A DNA stretch of 63,447 bases, filler included, from Collodictyon triciliatum (lineage: Eukaryota): NCBI GenBank assembly GCA_043381765.1. It is 41 parts of 41 records of this genome, joined end to end, with 100 filler letters (N's around TTAATTAATTAA, not from the genome) between each part and the next. Parts side by side here need not be neighbours in the genome. Positions count along the whole stretch, not along the records: positions 48,107 to 49,551 come from JBHJMP010011061.1; positions 49,652 to 51,095 come from JBHJMP010011062.1; positions 51,196 to 52,639 come from JBHJMP010011063.1; positions 52,740 to 54,202 come from JBHJMP010011064.1; positions 54,303 to 55,744 come from JBHJMP010011065.1; positions 55,845 to 57,287 come from JBHJMP010011066.1; positions 57,388 to 58,829 come from JBHJMP010011067.1; positions 58,930 to 60,371 come from JBHJMP010011068.1; 33 more parts are not named here. One strand, given 5' to 3'. Shown piece by piece: positions 49,402 through 62,269 of this stretch. Position 1 is the stretch's first letter. Every line of letters begins with the position of its first letter. The notes under the pieces are model-generated. The model searched no databases. It saw only the letters and a list, made by a program, of their open reading frames with translations, and was not told the DNA's origin. Both the position numbers and the translations under genes were made by a program.

Positions 49402-49651
49402 CTGGTTGAAGTAAATCCATAAATCCATAAAATCCATAAAATCCATAAAATCCATAAAATCCATAAAATCCATAAAATCCATAAAATCCATAAAACCCAT
49501 AAAACCCATAAAACCCATAAAACCCATAAAACCCATAAAACCCATAAAACCNNNNNNNNNNNNNNNNNNNNNNNNNNNNNNNNNNNNNNNNNNNNTTAAT
49601 TAATTAANNNNNNNNNNNNNNNNNNNNNNNNNNNNNNNNNNNNNNNNNNNN

Positions 49652-49713
<62 letters not shown>

Positions 49714-49732
49714 AAGAATGAACATAAATTAC

Positions 49733-50954
49733 CAAATTTTCTGACATATGCGTCTGGCGGAAGGACATTAGACCACGGCTTTGCATACAAGTCCTTGTCG
49801 GATAGGATGTAAGGGTTTCGATTATGGAACCCTACGAAAGTTGCGTATCCCACGTGATTCAACATAAATCGATCGCCAATGACAATCTTGTTCGTGGTTT
49901 CGAAGTTGGCATCCTTCTCGAATGTAACTCTGTTGCTGGCCGCAATGAAAGCGGTGATGCGAATGTCAGAAACTGTTGCATAGGAAAAGGTGTGATATGA
50001 GGAAATTATAAAACAAATGGGTCAGTGGTGCTTTGGCAAAATAGTCTCTGAGAGAAATATATACGCATACGAAAAACAGTTGAACAAAATAATTGACCTA
50101 AACAATTGTACAAAATAAAATAAATATAATAAAGAAAGGGTTCTAAAGAGAGTAGCGATTCTAGATTACCAAAAATTTTGATTGCTTAGTCTTTCAATTA
50201 TATAAGGTTATTTTTTAACACAAGATTGAGTTATGATTACGAAAAAGAAAAAAGGAGCTTCTTCATATGCCGATGAGTTTTCCATTCGAATATCAACATA
50301 CTCTTTTTATATTTACTTTATATCTTGAGAAGGATAGAAATATGTTGACTTGAAGAATAATTGTTCTCACAGTATCACCCACAAAGTAACGCTCGCTTGC
50401 TCAAGACACACACAAATCATGTCAAAGCCATGCATAAGTAATCTCGAATCAAAGGACTGAAAAGAATCAAATACCTGGGAGCCCTTTACTCGGCGTGTCT
50501 GCTGCAACAAAAGGTGGCGAAGGAGAAGGCACAGGCCCGCCTTTGGAAACAGAAAAGATGCGAAGATCATCGGCAGATTTCTCTGCTGTTTGCCAGCAGG
50601 TAGACTGCATCTGCTTGAGAATCGGGATTGCGTGTTCGTCTGTGTCGCTTGTGTCGCAGAAGTTGAGTTGGAAGCGAAGGTCTCCATCGCGAAAGTCGAC
50701 TGCAAAGCACCCAAACTTGAGCGAGAAGTTCCGCTTGGCAATCCAAAGAGACGCCTCGGCAAGACGGTCCATGGCCACGTCGAATGGGTACTTAAGCACA
50801 AATGAGTATGTGCAAACTGTTGCGATCTGCTTGCAGATGATGGTCATTTTGATGTCCATCTTGTGCAACTCGGCGCTGTATGTGATTGCGTTTTCTGCAA
50901 CGCGATGCTTGATGTCCATATCTTTGAGCATTTTGACTACGCGCTGTGAATGCA
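49733..50954 (-). CDS. YbjN-like (T3SS-chaperone-fold) domain exon 50954-50475 plus downstream exon 49972-49733 of unknown family
   Basis: YPFDVAMDRLAEASLWIAKRNFSLKFGCFAVDFRDGDLRFQ matches the YbjN-type P..V..dr......fi.r.N..l.iG.F.lD.rDGe.r pattern. Both exons are phase 1-1 (480 and 240 nt). Confidence 0.65.
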
Positions 50955-51195
50955 CTATGGATTTTAGTACGGGTTTTTTTCTTTTATCTTCTTTCTTTTT
51001 CTTTTTCTTTTTCTTTTTCTTTTTCTTTTTTCTTTTTCTTTTTCTTTTTCTTTTTCTTTTTCTTTTTCTTTTTCTTTTTCTTTTTCTTTTTCTTCNNNNN
51101 NNNNNNNNNNNNNNNNNNNNNNNNNNNNNNNNNNNNNNNTTAATTAATTAANNNNNNNNNNNNNNNNNNNNNNNNNNNNNNNNNNNNNNNNNNNN

Positions 51196-51871
51196 AATAC
51201 ATTTTGTGGAACTCCTGCCTGGATGGCACCCGAGGTTCTGAAGAAAGTGTACACTGAAAAGGTTTTTTCTCTTGGTTTTTTTTTTGTTTTTTATGATGCT
51301 TTAATGTTTTTTCTTTTTACTCTAAGTATATACTATTTTCTCAATCACCAAGAATTCGCCCTGAAAATTATGGTGATATACAGGCTGACATATATTCATT
51401 CGGGGTCATCATGTGGGAGCTATTGACTCGGCAGAAGCCATTCTTCAATATGAATCCTCTTCAGATTGTCTATGCTGTCGAAAAGGGAGAACGCCCAGGT
51501 ACTTTTTCTACACAATAAATTGAGTAAAAATAAAAAAGATTGCTTTGGTAATCACTGCTTCGAGAATCGTAAACCTCCCTTGTGTCGCTGGCACTGATTT
51601 GACGCATATTGTCTATTATTTTTTTCTGAAATTTCCATGCTTCGTATACCTAAATTTATCAACTAAATATGAGAAAAAAACACAAATGATGTTCTCAGGG
51701 GTTTTCCTAAATTCTTTTTATTTCGTCTTCCAAACAGGAACGATACCCCCAGACTCGCCGTCTGACATTGTGGACCTGATTGACGATTGCTTGGTTCACG
51801 ATTACGAACAGCGGCCGAGTTTCAGGCAAATCATCACACAGTTGGGAATCATACTTGCAAACATTTCTTGA
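51196..51871 (+). CDS. TKL-type protein kinase, C-terminal three exons
   Basis: CGTPAWMAPEVLKKVYTEK|ADIYSFGVIMWELLTRQKPF...GERP|GTIPPDSPSDIVDLIDDCLVHDYEQRPSFRQII covers subdomains VIII-XI. Confidence 0.93.
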
Positions 51872-52608
51872 GCATTCTCATGGGGATTATTACAATCTAA
51901 TGCCTAATATGCTTCATGCCGTTGAATAGACTTTGAAAATTGCACTCTTTTTTTTTCTTTTTGCGATTCCTTCTGCTTGATCTTTATTATGTCCTTCGCC
52001 ATTCGGTGTACCATTCCGCATCCATCCGTCAACCCTATATAACGCTTTACATCATTCTGCAAAATGGAGAAGTTCTCTTCCCTCATTTTTCGTGAAACTC
52101 TCCTGCCGTCACAATAAAGTCAGCTGCAACGCGCCGTATCAATGCTAAGGATGTTGGGTTGATGTGTAGTGATAGATGACCGGTGCGCCTGGCGAAGGAA
52201 AGCGACGAATCCATGATTAATTGAGACCAGTCTGAATCGGATGCAATGTCGACAGAACACAAGCAGAGGGTCGGCGTGATGGGCAGATGACGCTGCATCG
52301 CCACTTGACGCGCTGTCCACACGTCATTCGGTGTTGGCGTCGTTTCTGGTGGCGGTGCCGTGGCTTGCGCAAAAACAGCTGGGTGGAAAGATATATTAGT
52401 TTAATCGCGCAAGAGTGAGAGACCACTTATCAGAAGAAAGTACCCAAAAACTGACCTTCTGTTTCTCTTCATAACCTACGTTGGACGAGAGCTGGAACTA
52501 TTCCGGTCAGGGAGAAGAAAGGATGAACGACGAGGAAAAACACGGGCCCAACTCCGCAGCCTTCACTTTCTCGGTGAGTGCTACCATTTTTCTACCTTTC
52601 GTGCTATC

Positions 52609-52639
<31 letters not shown>

Positions 52640-52739
52640 NNNNNNNNNNNNNNNNNNNNNNNNNNNNNNNNNNNNNNNNNNNNTTAATTAATTAANNNNN
52701 NNNNNNNNNNNNNNNNNNNNNNNNNNNNNNNNNNNNNNN

Positions 52740-53910
52740 CAACGGGTCACTTTCCTTGCGTTTCTTGCTGGGCGACTCTGACAAAAAGCGATACATCGTT
52801 GTTTGTCTGGTATTATCGGAAGTGGCGCTTGACCGTCCCCTGGTTTCGGAACCATGTGTAGCCGGCAGTGGACTTTGCTTAACCAGAGTATGATTACGCG
52901 TTTGTGGTTTTATAAACATACGCTCCTGCTTGCTCGGACTGTCTTTAGTGTGTGAAGTTCCAATCTCGGATTCGACTTGTGCTGTTTGCTCTTGGTCTTG
53001 CTTCTCGGTGAGACGGGTGGGGGCAGGGCAAACGGACTATCTTTGGTGGGCGCTGGTTCTTGTGTTGGCTTCTCTTTGGAGTATCCTTTCGGATAAGTAA
53101 CGAAGACTGCCTTGAGTCCTCCTATGTTAACCATATTCACGTCAGTCTTAATGGATAGTTTAAGGGGGGATTTCTTTCGGGGTTTGAAGATACGCTGCTC
53201 TTGGGTCTTGCGATGTGTGGGCTTTTCCGAAGGTGGCGGTGGGCTCAAGTGCGAGGATTCTGAAGAGGAACCGAGATTTCCTTCCATGTTATCTTCGCTG
53301 TCGCTGTATGCGCGTATCTGTTGTGAGTCTTGCGGACTCAGTTGTTGCCTGGCCTTGGCTTCCTTGACCCCGTTGCTGCTTGTCTGCTTGGCAGGTGTAT
53401 TCTTTTTGCGGGTCTTTTACTTGTCGTTCGTTGTTCGCGGCTGGCGGACGCTCTTTGAGGATGCGCTTTGGACACTTCTTACCCATGACCGTAAACTTTG
53501 CAGGGAGCTGGTTCTTATGGCAAAAAAGCTTCACCACGGCCGTGTCTGTAAAGAAGCCTTTGTCCTTTTTGATCTCCACGTGGGTCGGTCTGAACGGCTT
53601 CAGCTCCTCGCGAAGGAGTTGCGGCCACACGTCCAGCGGTAGTTAGTAGAGCATCACCGAGGTCTCTGTTGGTTTACTTCTGCTGAAGCTGATCGTAATA
53701 TCAATCAGACTTACCTGCCTCAGTTCCAGAAGCTTTCCGTCGTTTTCTGCATTGCGGAAGGAAATCAGGCAAAGGCCTTCGCTGTTCGGTAAGCGCAGTT
53801 GGATGGACTCTTCCCAAAGTTTGTTCGCTTTCAAGAAGGAGGCAAGCGCATCTGTGAGTCTGCGGGCCTTGTTCTTGTTTCACTTTCATCCGATGTCGTG
53901 TCAAAAACTG
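52740..53910 (-). mobile_element. Decayed L1/Tx1-like retrotransposon ORF1 (RRM-type)
   Basis: Intronless, with a premature stop (TAA 53643) and frameshifts. SVMLY*.PLDVWPQLLREELKPF...KKDKGFFTDTAVVKL...LPAKFTVMGKKC resembles the ORF1 RRM/CTD core, followed by a long K/P/S-rich tail. It is repeated at 60132-60371. Confidence 0.6.
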
Positions 53911-56105
53911 TAAAACTTCCCTCTTATACCGAATTCTTCTCTTTTTCGCCTAATTTGGAGCACTCCACAATCGTGAATTTATTTCCTCATTCGGTATGAT
54001 TACTTAATATTATTATTATAAATTATGTACTGTACCATTCTGGCTTGGGCAATAACATTTTCATGTTTTTTATTGGTTGTTTTATTGGTTGTTGTATTGG
54101 TTGTTGTATTGGTTGTTGTATTGGTTGTTGTATTGGTTGTTGTATTGGTTGTTGTATTGGTTGTTGTATTGGTTGTTGTATTGGTTGTTGTTGTATTGTA
54201 TTNNNNNNNNNNNNNNNNNNNNNNNNNNNNNNNNNNNNNNNNNNNNTTAATTAATTAANNNNNNNNNNNNNNNNNNNNNNNNNNNNNNNNNNNNNNNNNN
54301 NNTTTTTTTCTTTTTTTCATTTTTTCATTTTTTCATTTTTTCATTTTTTCATTTTTTCATTTTTTCATTTTTTCATTTTTTCATTTTTTCATTTTTTCAT
54401 TTTTTCATTTTCTCATTTTTTCTTTTTCTATTTTCTTTTTTTCTTTTTTTCTTTTTTTCTTTTTTCTTTTTTCTTTTTTCTTTTTTCTTTTTTCTTTTTT
54501 CCTTTTTTCCTTTTTTTCTTTTTTGTTTTCTTTTCTTTTCTTCTTTTTTGTTTTCTTTTCTTTTCTTTTCTTTCTTTCCCATTATCTTTTTCCGACGTTT
54601 CTCTGCTTTTTTTTATTATTATTATTATTAATTATTAGCATTCTTATCTATTCTCAATAATTCCTCCTCCTTTTTTTCTTTCTTGATCATTCTCTCTTCC
54701 CCATTCCCCTCCATGCTTCCCTGTTTATCTACTCAAGTTGTTGGTCATTATTTGTCCGTCAATCACCGGGCCCGCTCACTCAAGCGTTGCTGTTTCTTTT
54801 TATGCCAATAGCGATCTATCAAGCACATCGAAGTCAAGCTGCAGCCCGCCACTATTGCGAGGACAGAAGCCACCCAGAGCAAAGAAAACACCCCGAGGAA
54901 TGTTCCGGAAGCTGCTTTCCCCCACAGAGACTTGTTCAAATCGACCCTGCCGGAAAGCGCAACTAGGTCCGAGCAGGGGCTTGGGTTCGGCAACTGGTAA
55001 GAGCCTCCTTCCGCCTCATTTCCTATTCATCCAGGCCCTGCTTAGTTCTTTACGAAAGTTACTTTCCTGGGGCGCGGCATGGCTTATGCATTAGGCATTC
55101 ATTGATTATCATATCATACTTATGTATGACTAACATTCCGTATTCTGTGCATGCTTGTTTGTGTATTTTTTTAATGTTCCTTTCAATTATGTTTGTGTAT
55201 TATTTAGTCATTTTGTCATTTGTATAATTCTTATGATTTTACCTTCTTTTTGTACAATGTTTAACATGTTTTCATATCACCCTCTTAGTGCTTTGATACT
55301 TCTAGTCCTCTTTACTATCTATACATCGAATTTACATACTTCTTTTTTCTTGCCCGATGAGCTTTGCAAGAAATCCAATTCATTGCTGTACATTTTTTTA
55401 AATTACTATACCAACAAGTAACTTCCTTACTTATTCTCCACCAAATATAACTTGGCCACTTACTCATTTACGCCATAAATTAGAATTTTCTTCCACATTT
55501 TTCGAATGCATATGCAGTTTCTTTTGTTTTTTTCTTTTTTTCTTTTTTTCTTTTTTATCTTTTTTATCCTTTTTATCTTTTTATCTTTTTTATCTTTTTT
55601 ATCTTTTTTATCTTTTTTAATCTTTTTTTTGTCTTTTTTTGTCTTTTTTTATCCTTTATATCTTTTTTTATCTTTTTTATCTTTTTTTATCTTTTTTTAT
55701 CTTTTTTTATCTTTTTTTATCTTTTTTTATCTTTTTTATCTTTTNNNNNNNNNNNNNNNNNNNNNNNNNNNNNNNNNNNNNNNNNNNNTTAATTAATTAA
55801 NNNNNNNNNNNNNNNNNNNNNNNNNNNNNNNNNNNNNNNNNNNNAGAAAAGAAAAGAGAAAAGAAAAGAGAAAAGAAAAGAGAAAAGAAAAGAGAAAAGA
55901 AAAGAGAAAAGAAAAGAGAAAAGAAAAGAGAAAAGAAAAGAGATAGAAAAAAAATAAGCGTATGCTGTGCGTCCGCGCAAATAATAAATAATCTAACACA
56001 CCCCATATTTGTATTTATATCCGTCAACCTCCACGATGAAAAAGTAACTTCTCATCAGAAATATCTGGATAAAAAGGAGAGTTTAGTACAGAGAAAGATA
56101 AATCA

Positions 56106-57082
56106 CGCCATAACTTGGGAGTCTGTTAACAATTGAATGGGTACTTCCGGTTGCTTTGTGATGGTGATGTTCCCAGATGATTTTAGTGTATAAACTCCAC
56201 TTGTACCGACCAAATTTTTTGTAACTCGCGTTGAGTTCTGAATGATAAAGCTACATACATATATAAAGAGGGAGAAAAAGAGGAAGAAGCTTATTTAATA
56301 TAAGAATCCAGCAGCAGATCTGCACACAAAGTTGATTTTTCTTTGAGAAATGATTCGATCGTCGCCTCAACATGAGTTATATAATTTTTTTTTATCATCA
56401 ATAGTTTTATTTATTTATTCTTCCTTTCAATTTTTCTCATTAGCAGTTGAGATACAAATGTTTCTTACTCTGAAGAGAGTTCCATGTTGAGTGTTAAAGA
56501 AGCTTCACTAATGTGGTGTCCATACTTTGGAGCAAATATGACATCCCTAAACTCAACTTCAATGGGTTCTTCGATTTGGCTGACGATCACATCAAATGTC
56601 AAATACCCAGCTGATTTCATCTCCTGTATCAAATGTATGTTTTTAGTCCAGTTTTTACATTCAAAATCAAATAATCGTATATTTCTTCCCGAGGAGCATA
56701 CTTTTCTCATATATATGCATTTTAAGGATTTATATTCGTTTCTAAATTATACATGGAACAGAATATGTTTCTGTTTTCTAGGTCCGAGGGCCAAGGTATT
56801 CAAATTGATGGTCAATGAGCCTATGAGTCATAAAAATAAAGGTAATAATTAATAAAAACCATCGAGAAAAACAAATAAACAAACAAACAAACATGTCTAT
56901 TATGTCAATAGGATACTGATAACTGTAAGGAAAATGATAAAGTAAGACTATACCCATGTAGTCACTCAGCTTCAAAAGATCCCAATCAATAACTTGGATA
57001 TGTAGAGATTCCCTCTTTAAGTCTTCGATGCTTTTAAAATAGCATGTGAAAAAGAATGTGTCATCCCACTTTGGTGTCAAGG
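56106..57082 (-). CDS. C2-domain protein fragment (3' boundary uncertain)
   Basis: LTPKWDDTFFF...LKRESLHIQVIDWDLLKLSDYMG|SLTINLNTLALGP...|EMKSAGYLTFDV is a C2 Ca2+-loop (DWD...D.mG) pattern. Confidence 0.78.
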
Positions 57083-57387
57083 CTGTGATAGCATATTAAA
57101 GTAGACTTTACGATGTAGTATTATCTTAAATTCAACACAAAAAAAATTAATCTAATTGCTAAGAGGTAGTATACAGAAAAATTAAATCAATAAAAGAGAT
57201 AAAAGAGATAAAAGAGATAAAAGAGATAAAAGAGATAAAAGAGATAAAAGAGATAAAAGAGATAAAAGAGATAAAAGAGATAAAAGANNNNNNNNNNNNN
57301 NNNNNNNNNNNNNNNNNNNNNNNNNNNNNNNTTAATTAATTAANNNNNNNNNNNNNNNNNNNNNNNNNNNNNNNNNNNNNNNNNNNN

Positions 57388-58150
57388 AATGCAGCCAACC
57401 CTTTCAGCAGAGCAGATACCGAGCCGTCTTTTGTTGCAGTGTAATATCGTTCCTCCTCATCGCTCATTCTTTCAGGTTTTTTTGATATATTAACCATGAA
57501 TAAACCGATAGCAATCCAAAGGAATTGATTAATCCAATAAATGTTGCTGTATGTGGTGTTTGAAGGCAGCAAGAAATTGAAGACATTTTCCAATAAATAC
57601 CCAGGTAAAAGGGCATACAATATTGCATTTTTTGAGAACTGGAAGCTGAAAATCTCAATAGATGCAAGGCCGATGGATGACCAAAACGTGGATGCGCTCA
57701 AAAATGTTCTTATTTTATCATATAATATATCCTCAACCATCCCAAGCAAACTTGGAGACAGTATAATGGCGGGTATGAAGTAAATCCAAAGAGAAAATAG
57801 GTTTGCTGAGAAGACAGGCAATATCTCATATACAGCCTTAAACCATAACATGAATGCCAGCCTCACGGAACTAATGCACGATGTTTTGATTAAAGCTCCA
57901 TCGTTTCCTTCTCGCTCGCACTTTCTGTCTGCATTTATTGTTCCCGGCTGATTATTCTGTGGATTACTTCCAACTGGCCCGTCTGCATTCTGAAAGCTTG
58001 TTGTATTTTTACAGCTTTCTGGTCGTGTGACTATTTTTACTGTCTGCTCATCTCTCTTGTGCGGCTCTGGTTGCCTTTGTGTTTTGATCTGGTCTGGTGT
58101 CTTCTCTTCGATGTCCTCAACCTCCATAGCTTTGTTTTGTTTTGCGTCTG
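57388..58150 (-). CDS. Hypothetical multi-pass membrane protein fragment
   Basis: An open frame of about 255 codons has a hydrophilic N-part and several hydrophobic segments (FSLWIYFIPAIILSP; INQFLWIAIGLFMV). Confidence 0.6.
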
Positions 58151-58589
58151 TTAACACATAGGTATTTTATGATAAGTGATTCTTCATTTTTGTTCTTTAC
58201 TTTGTTCTTTACTTTGTTCTTTACTTTTTTCTTTACTTTGTTTTTTCTTTTATTTTTTTTTAAGTTTTCCGTTCCCTGTTATTACATGGTTTCTGACTCT
58301 TGTTCAGATCAAAAACGTTTTCGAACAAGAATGGTATGTTCAAACCAGATTATAACACAATAATGATGATGAATGGATTCACTGATGTAATTTGATGCAT
58401 CAAAACATGTGTCATCTGCACTTTATTCCTTGTTCTGCATGCATAAAAACCAGAAAAATCATAATCTCGCTCACACAGCCACAGTGGGCAAACCATACAC
58501 CTGCATTACGGGGCTCTTTGCAGCATCAGTCATACACCTCCAAATCCGCCTCAGCATCCCAACCACACTCCATATTCCACTCACACATC

Positions 58590-58792
58590 GCCTCTCTGAA
58601 GCATGCTCGGGTGAGGTCTGCGTATTAGGCATCGCGGTCGTGGGAAGCGAGAGCCAAGTTTTTGTAGAAGCAGATTAGCCGGACAACCTGGAGTGCAGGC
58701 ATCGAGCTGAACGGCCTCTTCATTGTCCAGAGCTCCCAGAGGATGACGCCCGTGCCGAAGACATCCGCCTTTTCGTTGGACTTTTTGATGCA
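58590..58792 (-). pseudogene. TKL kinase subdomain IX-XI fragment with in-frame stop
   Basis: NEKADVFGTGVILWELWTMKRPFSSMPALQVVRLICF...DA*YADLTRACFRE, with TAA at 58627-58625; the subdomain XI Arg-Pro was not found. Confidence 0.65.
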
Positions 58793-60131
58793 GTTTTAAT
58801 GTTATGGTGGGTAGATTTTTGTTTCTTTTNNNNNNNNNNNNNNNNNNNNNNNNNNNNNNNNNNNNNNNNNNNNTTAATTAATTAANNNNNNNNNNNNNNN
58901 NNNNNNNNNNNNNNNNNNNNNNNNNNNNNGCTGTCTATAGCTTTAGTTTAAGACAAAGGTCTATAGGACTTGAGTTCGAAGAAAACTTTGTGATTGATAT
59001 GTCTATTAAAGTCTTCTCTGCAGAAGCTTTGGTGAGACTCTATATTCTCAAGGTAGGACAGCTATGGTTGTTCATTTTGTGGTTATGTTACGATTTTTTA
59101 TGTTTCTCAAAGGTGATGGTTTTATTAAGCTGGAACAAGAGCATGTGGGCATTTGACTGCGCACAAGCCCTAGGAGCCTAAGGATAAAAGACATCGTTCC
59201 CTGATTTTGGGAATCCCTGTATTCCCAAAATCGCTCACCTTGCATCATTCTGTCACTCCTCGAAATTTTGATATTTTTATTTGTCGAGTTAGAATTGTTA
59301 AAAGATGAAAAATGATTTGATCAGTGATTTTAATGAGAATTTTTTGTCCCCGCTTGTCTTCTCGTCTAAAGCTAAAATATAAATGAATGTGTCTATTCTT
59401 GGAAAATAAGATTTTATTACGCAATTGCAACAAACTTTTGCTATGTCAATAATGTGAATCTCGTAGCGATGCGCATATTATTAGAAAGAGTCACCCACAA
59501 TAAATTTTTGAAACATTCGGTAAAAACAACCTTTTAAAAAATGACATTTGCTATCAAGTAAAGATAGTTGAATTATATAAAAATTGAATAAAACATGTGT
59601 GCCTCGTCATTTGGCTAATTCAATACGAAGCACAATTTTAATATATAGAAAAAATGAATTAAATTAACGTATCCCCTTCGTCTCGCACAGTATTATAATA
59701 TTTAAATCGTTAGACACAGGAAAACATATATATATAAATCTAATGTGATATCTGATGGGTTACTTTTAATGGTTGTTTAATTACATCTTTTCGGTTGCGT
59801 AGACGGAAAACATACAAATCATAGTCATTTGTAAGAATAAATGAAGTGATTTTTAAAATTATTTAATATTATTTTTATTTTTTATAGGTTTTTATCTGAA
59901 CATCTTGACTTACTGAAGGGACTGATAATATATTACCATAATCAAATGAGAAGAGATGTAAATTTTGCCTTCCACTAAAATAGAATAAAACAGATATAGT
60001 TGTCGGTTTGGTGAAAGTATAAACACGGTGGTTACTTTGAAAATCGATTCCGACGAGTCCTTTCAACCGTCTATCTCAGACGAGGTTTACATCCTATTTC
60101 ACTCCACTGGATGAGTCTTTTGATAGGACAG

Positions 60132-60371
60132 CGGGTCACTTTCCTTGCGTTTCTTGCTGGGCGATTCAGACAAAAAGCGATATATCGTTATTTGCCTAGT
60201 ATTAACGGAAGTGGCGCTTGACCGTCCCCTGGTTTCGGAACATGCGTAGCCGCAGTGGACTTTGCTTAACCAGAGTATGGATACGCGTTTGTGGTTTTAG
60301 AAACATACGCTCCTGCTTGCTCGGACTGTCTTTGGTGTGTGAAGTTCCAAGCTTGGATTCGACTTGTGCTG
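60132..60371 (-). mobile_element. Second copy of the putative ORF1 3' region
   Basis: Aligns by eye with 52743-52984 at roughly 90% identity with two 1-nt indels; both copies abut contig ends. Confidence 0.85.
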
Positions 60372-60471
60372 NNNNNNNNNNNNNNNNNNNNNNNNNNNNN
60401 NNNNNNNNNNNNNNNTTAATTAATTAANNNNNNNNNNNNNNNNNNNNNNNNNNNNNNNNNNNNNNNNNNNN

Positions 60472-60531
<60 letters not shown>

Positions 60532-60587
60532 TTGCATATGACGCACAGTCTGTTTCTGAATCTGTAAGGATGCTATGTTCGGCTTAC

Positions 60588-60938
60588 TTTTTCATGGTTT
60601 CGATAGAGGAAGTAAAGTCGAAGACCTTGGTCACATAAGTGGACTCTTGGGGAGGATGATCTCTATGTTTATTGCGTGAGTCAACTTCAAAAACTGCAGA
60701 TAAAGAGTATACCCAAATGAAGGGGGGCTCGAGTAAAAATAAAAGGTTGCTCTGAGCAGCTCTAACCTGTAGCAAACGAGGGCGTAGCGGACATCTCTCT
60801 GCTCCGTGGCCATGATATCTTGCGAAATCTTTTTGATGTTCTCTTGTGCCGATTCAATGTATGAACCCATACTACGCATCGAGAATTGTTAAATGGGTAT
60901 TTCAACGGAGGTTCCAGGAACAAAAAGCAGTATTTGGG

Positions 60939-61001
<63 letters not shown>

Positions 61002-61194
61002 TGCCAAGTGGAAAATAAAAAGGGCAACAAAAATCAGGATTGACATCAAGTGAGTTGTCCATATAGGAGCAAGGAATACTTCGAGGCTTCCCCTAGATTT
61101 GGCACAGAGTGAATTAAAAAAAAGAAAAGAAAAATGCAGCATACCTTCCTGTGCAGTCACAACAAAAGACGAGGTCGAGCTCAGGCCGTGACAT
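60588..61194 (-). CDS. von Willebrand A domain protein (vwkA/alpha-kinase-associated type), first three exons
   Basis: MSRPELDLVFCCDCTGS|MGSYIESAQENIKKI...VRYALVCYR|DHPPQESTYVTKVFDFT has the MIDAS DxTGSM and YRDHPPQ motifs. Confidence 0.9.
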
Positions 61195-62269
61195 CTTGTA
61201 GAGTGCTACTTGTTTGGAGTCTTTGGTGGAAGTAAGATTTCTCTTTCGGGCTTGCCTTCTGGGCTCTCTGTGGAAGTGAATATGGTGAGCTCTTGACCTT
61301 TGTGCGAGTGAATCAACTGGCTGCGTGGTGATTCTACTGCCAGCAAGCGCACAAACTCCGAAAAAAAAAAACAGAAACGGTTGTTTGATAGTATCGTATA
61401 TTGTATGTGGTAATAAAATCGCAGTAATTTATTGACAAAATGGGTGTGATTCACGGAAGGCTGAGGATTTCTGGGAGGTTTCCGCGAAATAGACCGAGAA
61501 AGAACATTTCCCGAGATATGCGCGTTGATTATTCACTTTCTCACTATTTTAAATTGACATCATAGATACATACATTTACACGTCACCGTGTCATAGCGCC
61601 CACAGGAAGTGTTTTGACCATAGAAGTAATATATACTATTTTCCATAAATATTTTGTTTCTTTGAATTGTATGCCCGGAAAGCTGACACATCCGCCAAAA
61701 CCTGATTCATCCGCACATCAAGCCAAGCCGCTGGTTTGTCGGGATCGTTGGACAGCAGCTGGTGCGGCAAAAGCCGTAGTGAGGCAGGAAAGGCCCTCCG
61801 CTAACCCGGCCGTCTCGGCCCAAATACCTGTCGAATCCATAGGAATTCATTCACACGAAAGTACAATGCTGGGTTGAGACTGTTGAGATAATCTAACAAG
61901 ACTGCCNNNNNNNNNNNNNNNNNNNNNNNNNNNNNNNNNNNNNNNNNNNNTTAATTAATTAANNNNNNNNNNNNNNNNNNNNNNNNNNNNNNNNNNNNNN
62001 NNNNNNTAAAACAAACAAATAAAACAAACAAATAAAACAAACAAATAAAACAAACAAATAAAACAAACAAATAAAACAAACAAATAAAACAAACAAATAA
62101 AACAAGCAAATGAACAACAAACAAACAAATAAATAATTCGAACAGGTATCAAGAAATTTTTTCGAAGGAATATTTTTTTTGGAGAACATATTTCACTTGT
62201 AAAGCCTAACTTACGTTTTCTATATCTTGATGCAATATAGATCGTTTTCGATTCCTCTGTATATCCAAG

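Noticed and set aside
49412-49551. (AAAATCCAT)n/(AAAACCCAT)n as a telomere, or as an MDF/MGF peptide repeat
   Set aside because: It lies in the intron just upstream of a PFKFB acceptor, and the C-rich strand at a right-hand end is the wrong telomere orientation.
61671-61906. GC-rich contig-end segment as a ribozyme or ncRNA
   Set aside because: No hammerhead, HDV, tRNA or snRNA core was found; it reads more simply as the first exon of a divergent gene (MPGKLTHPP...).
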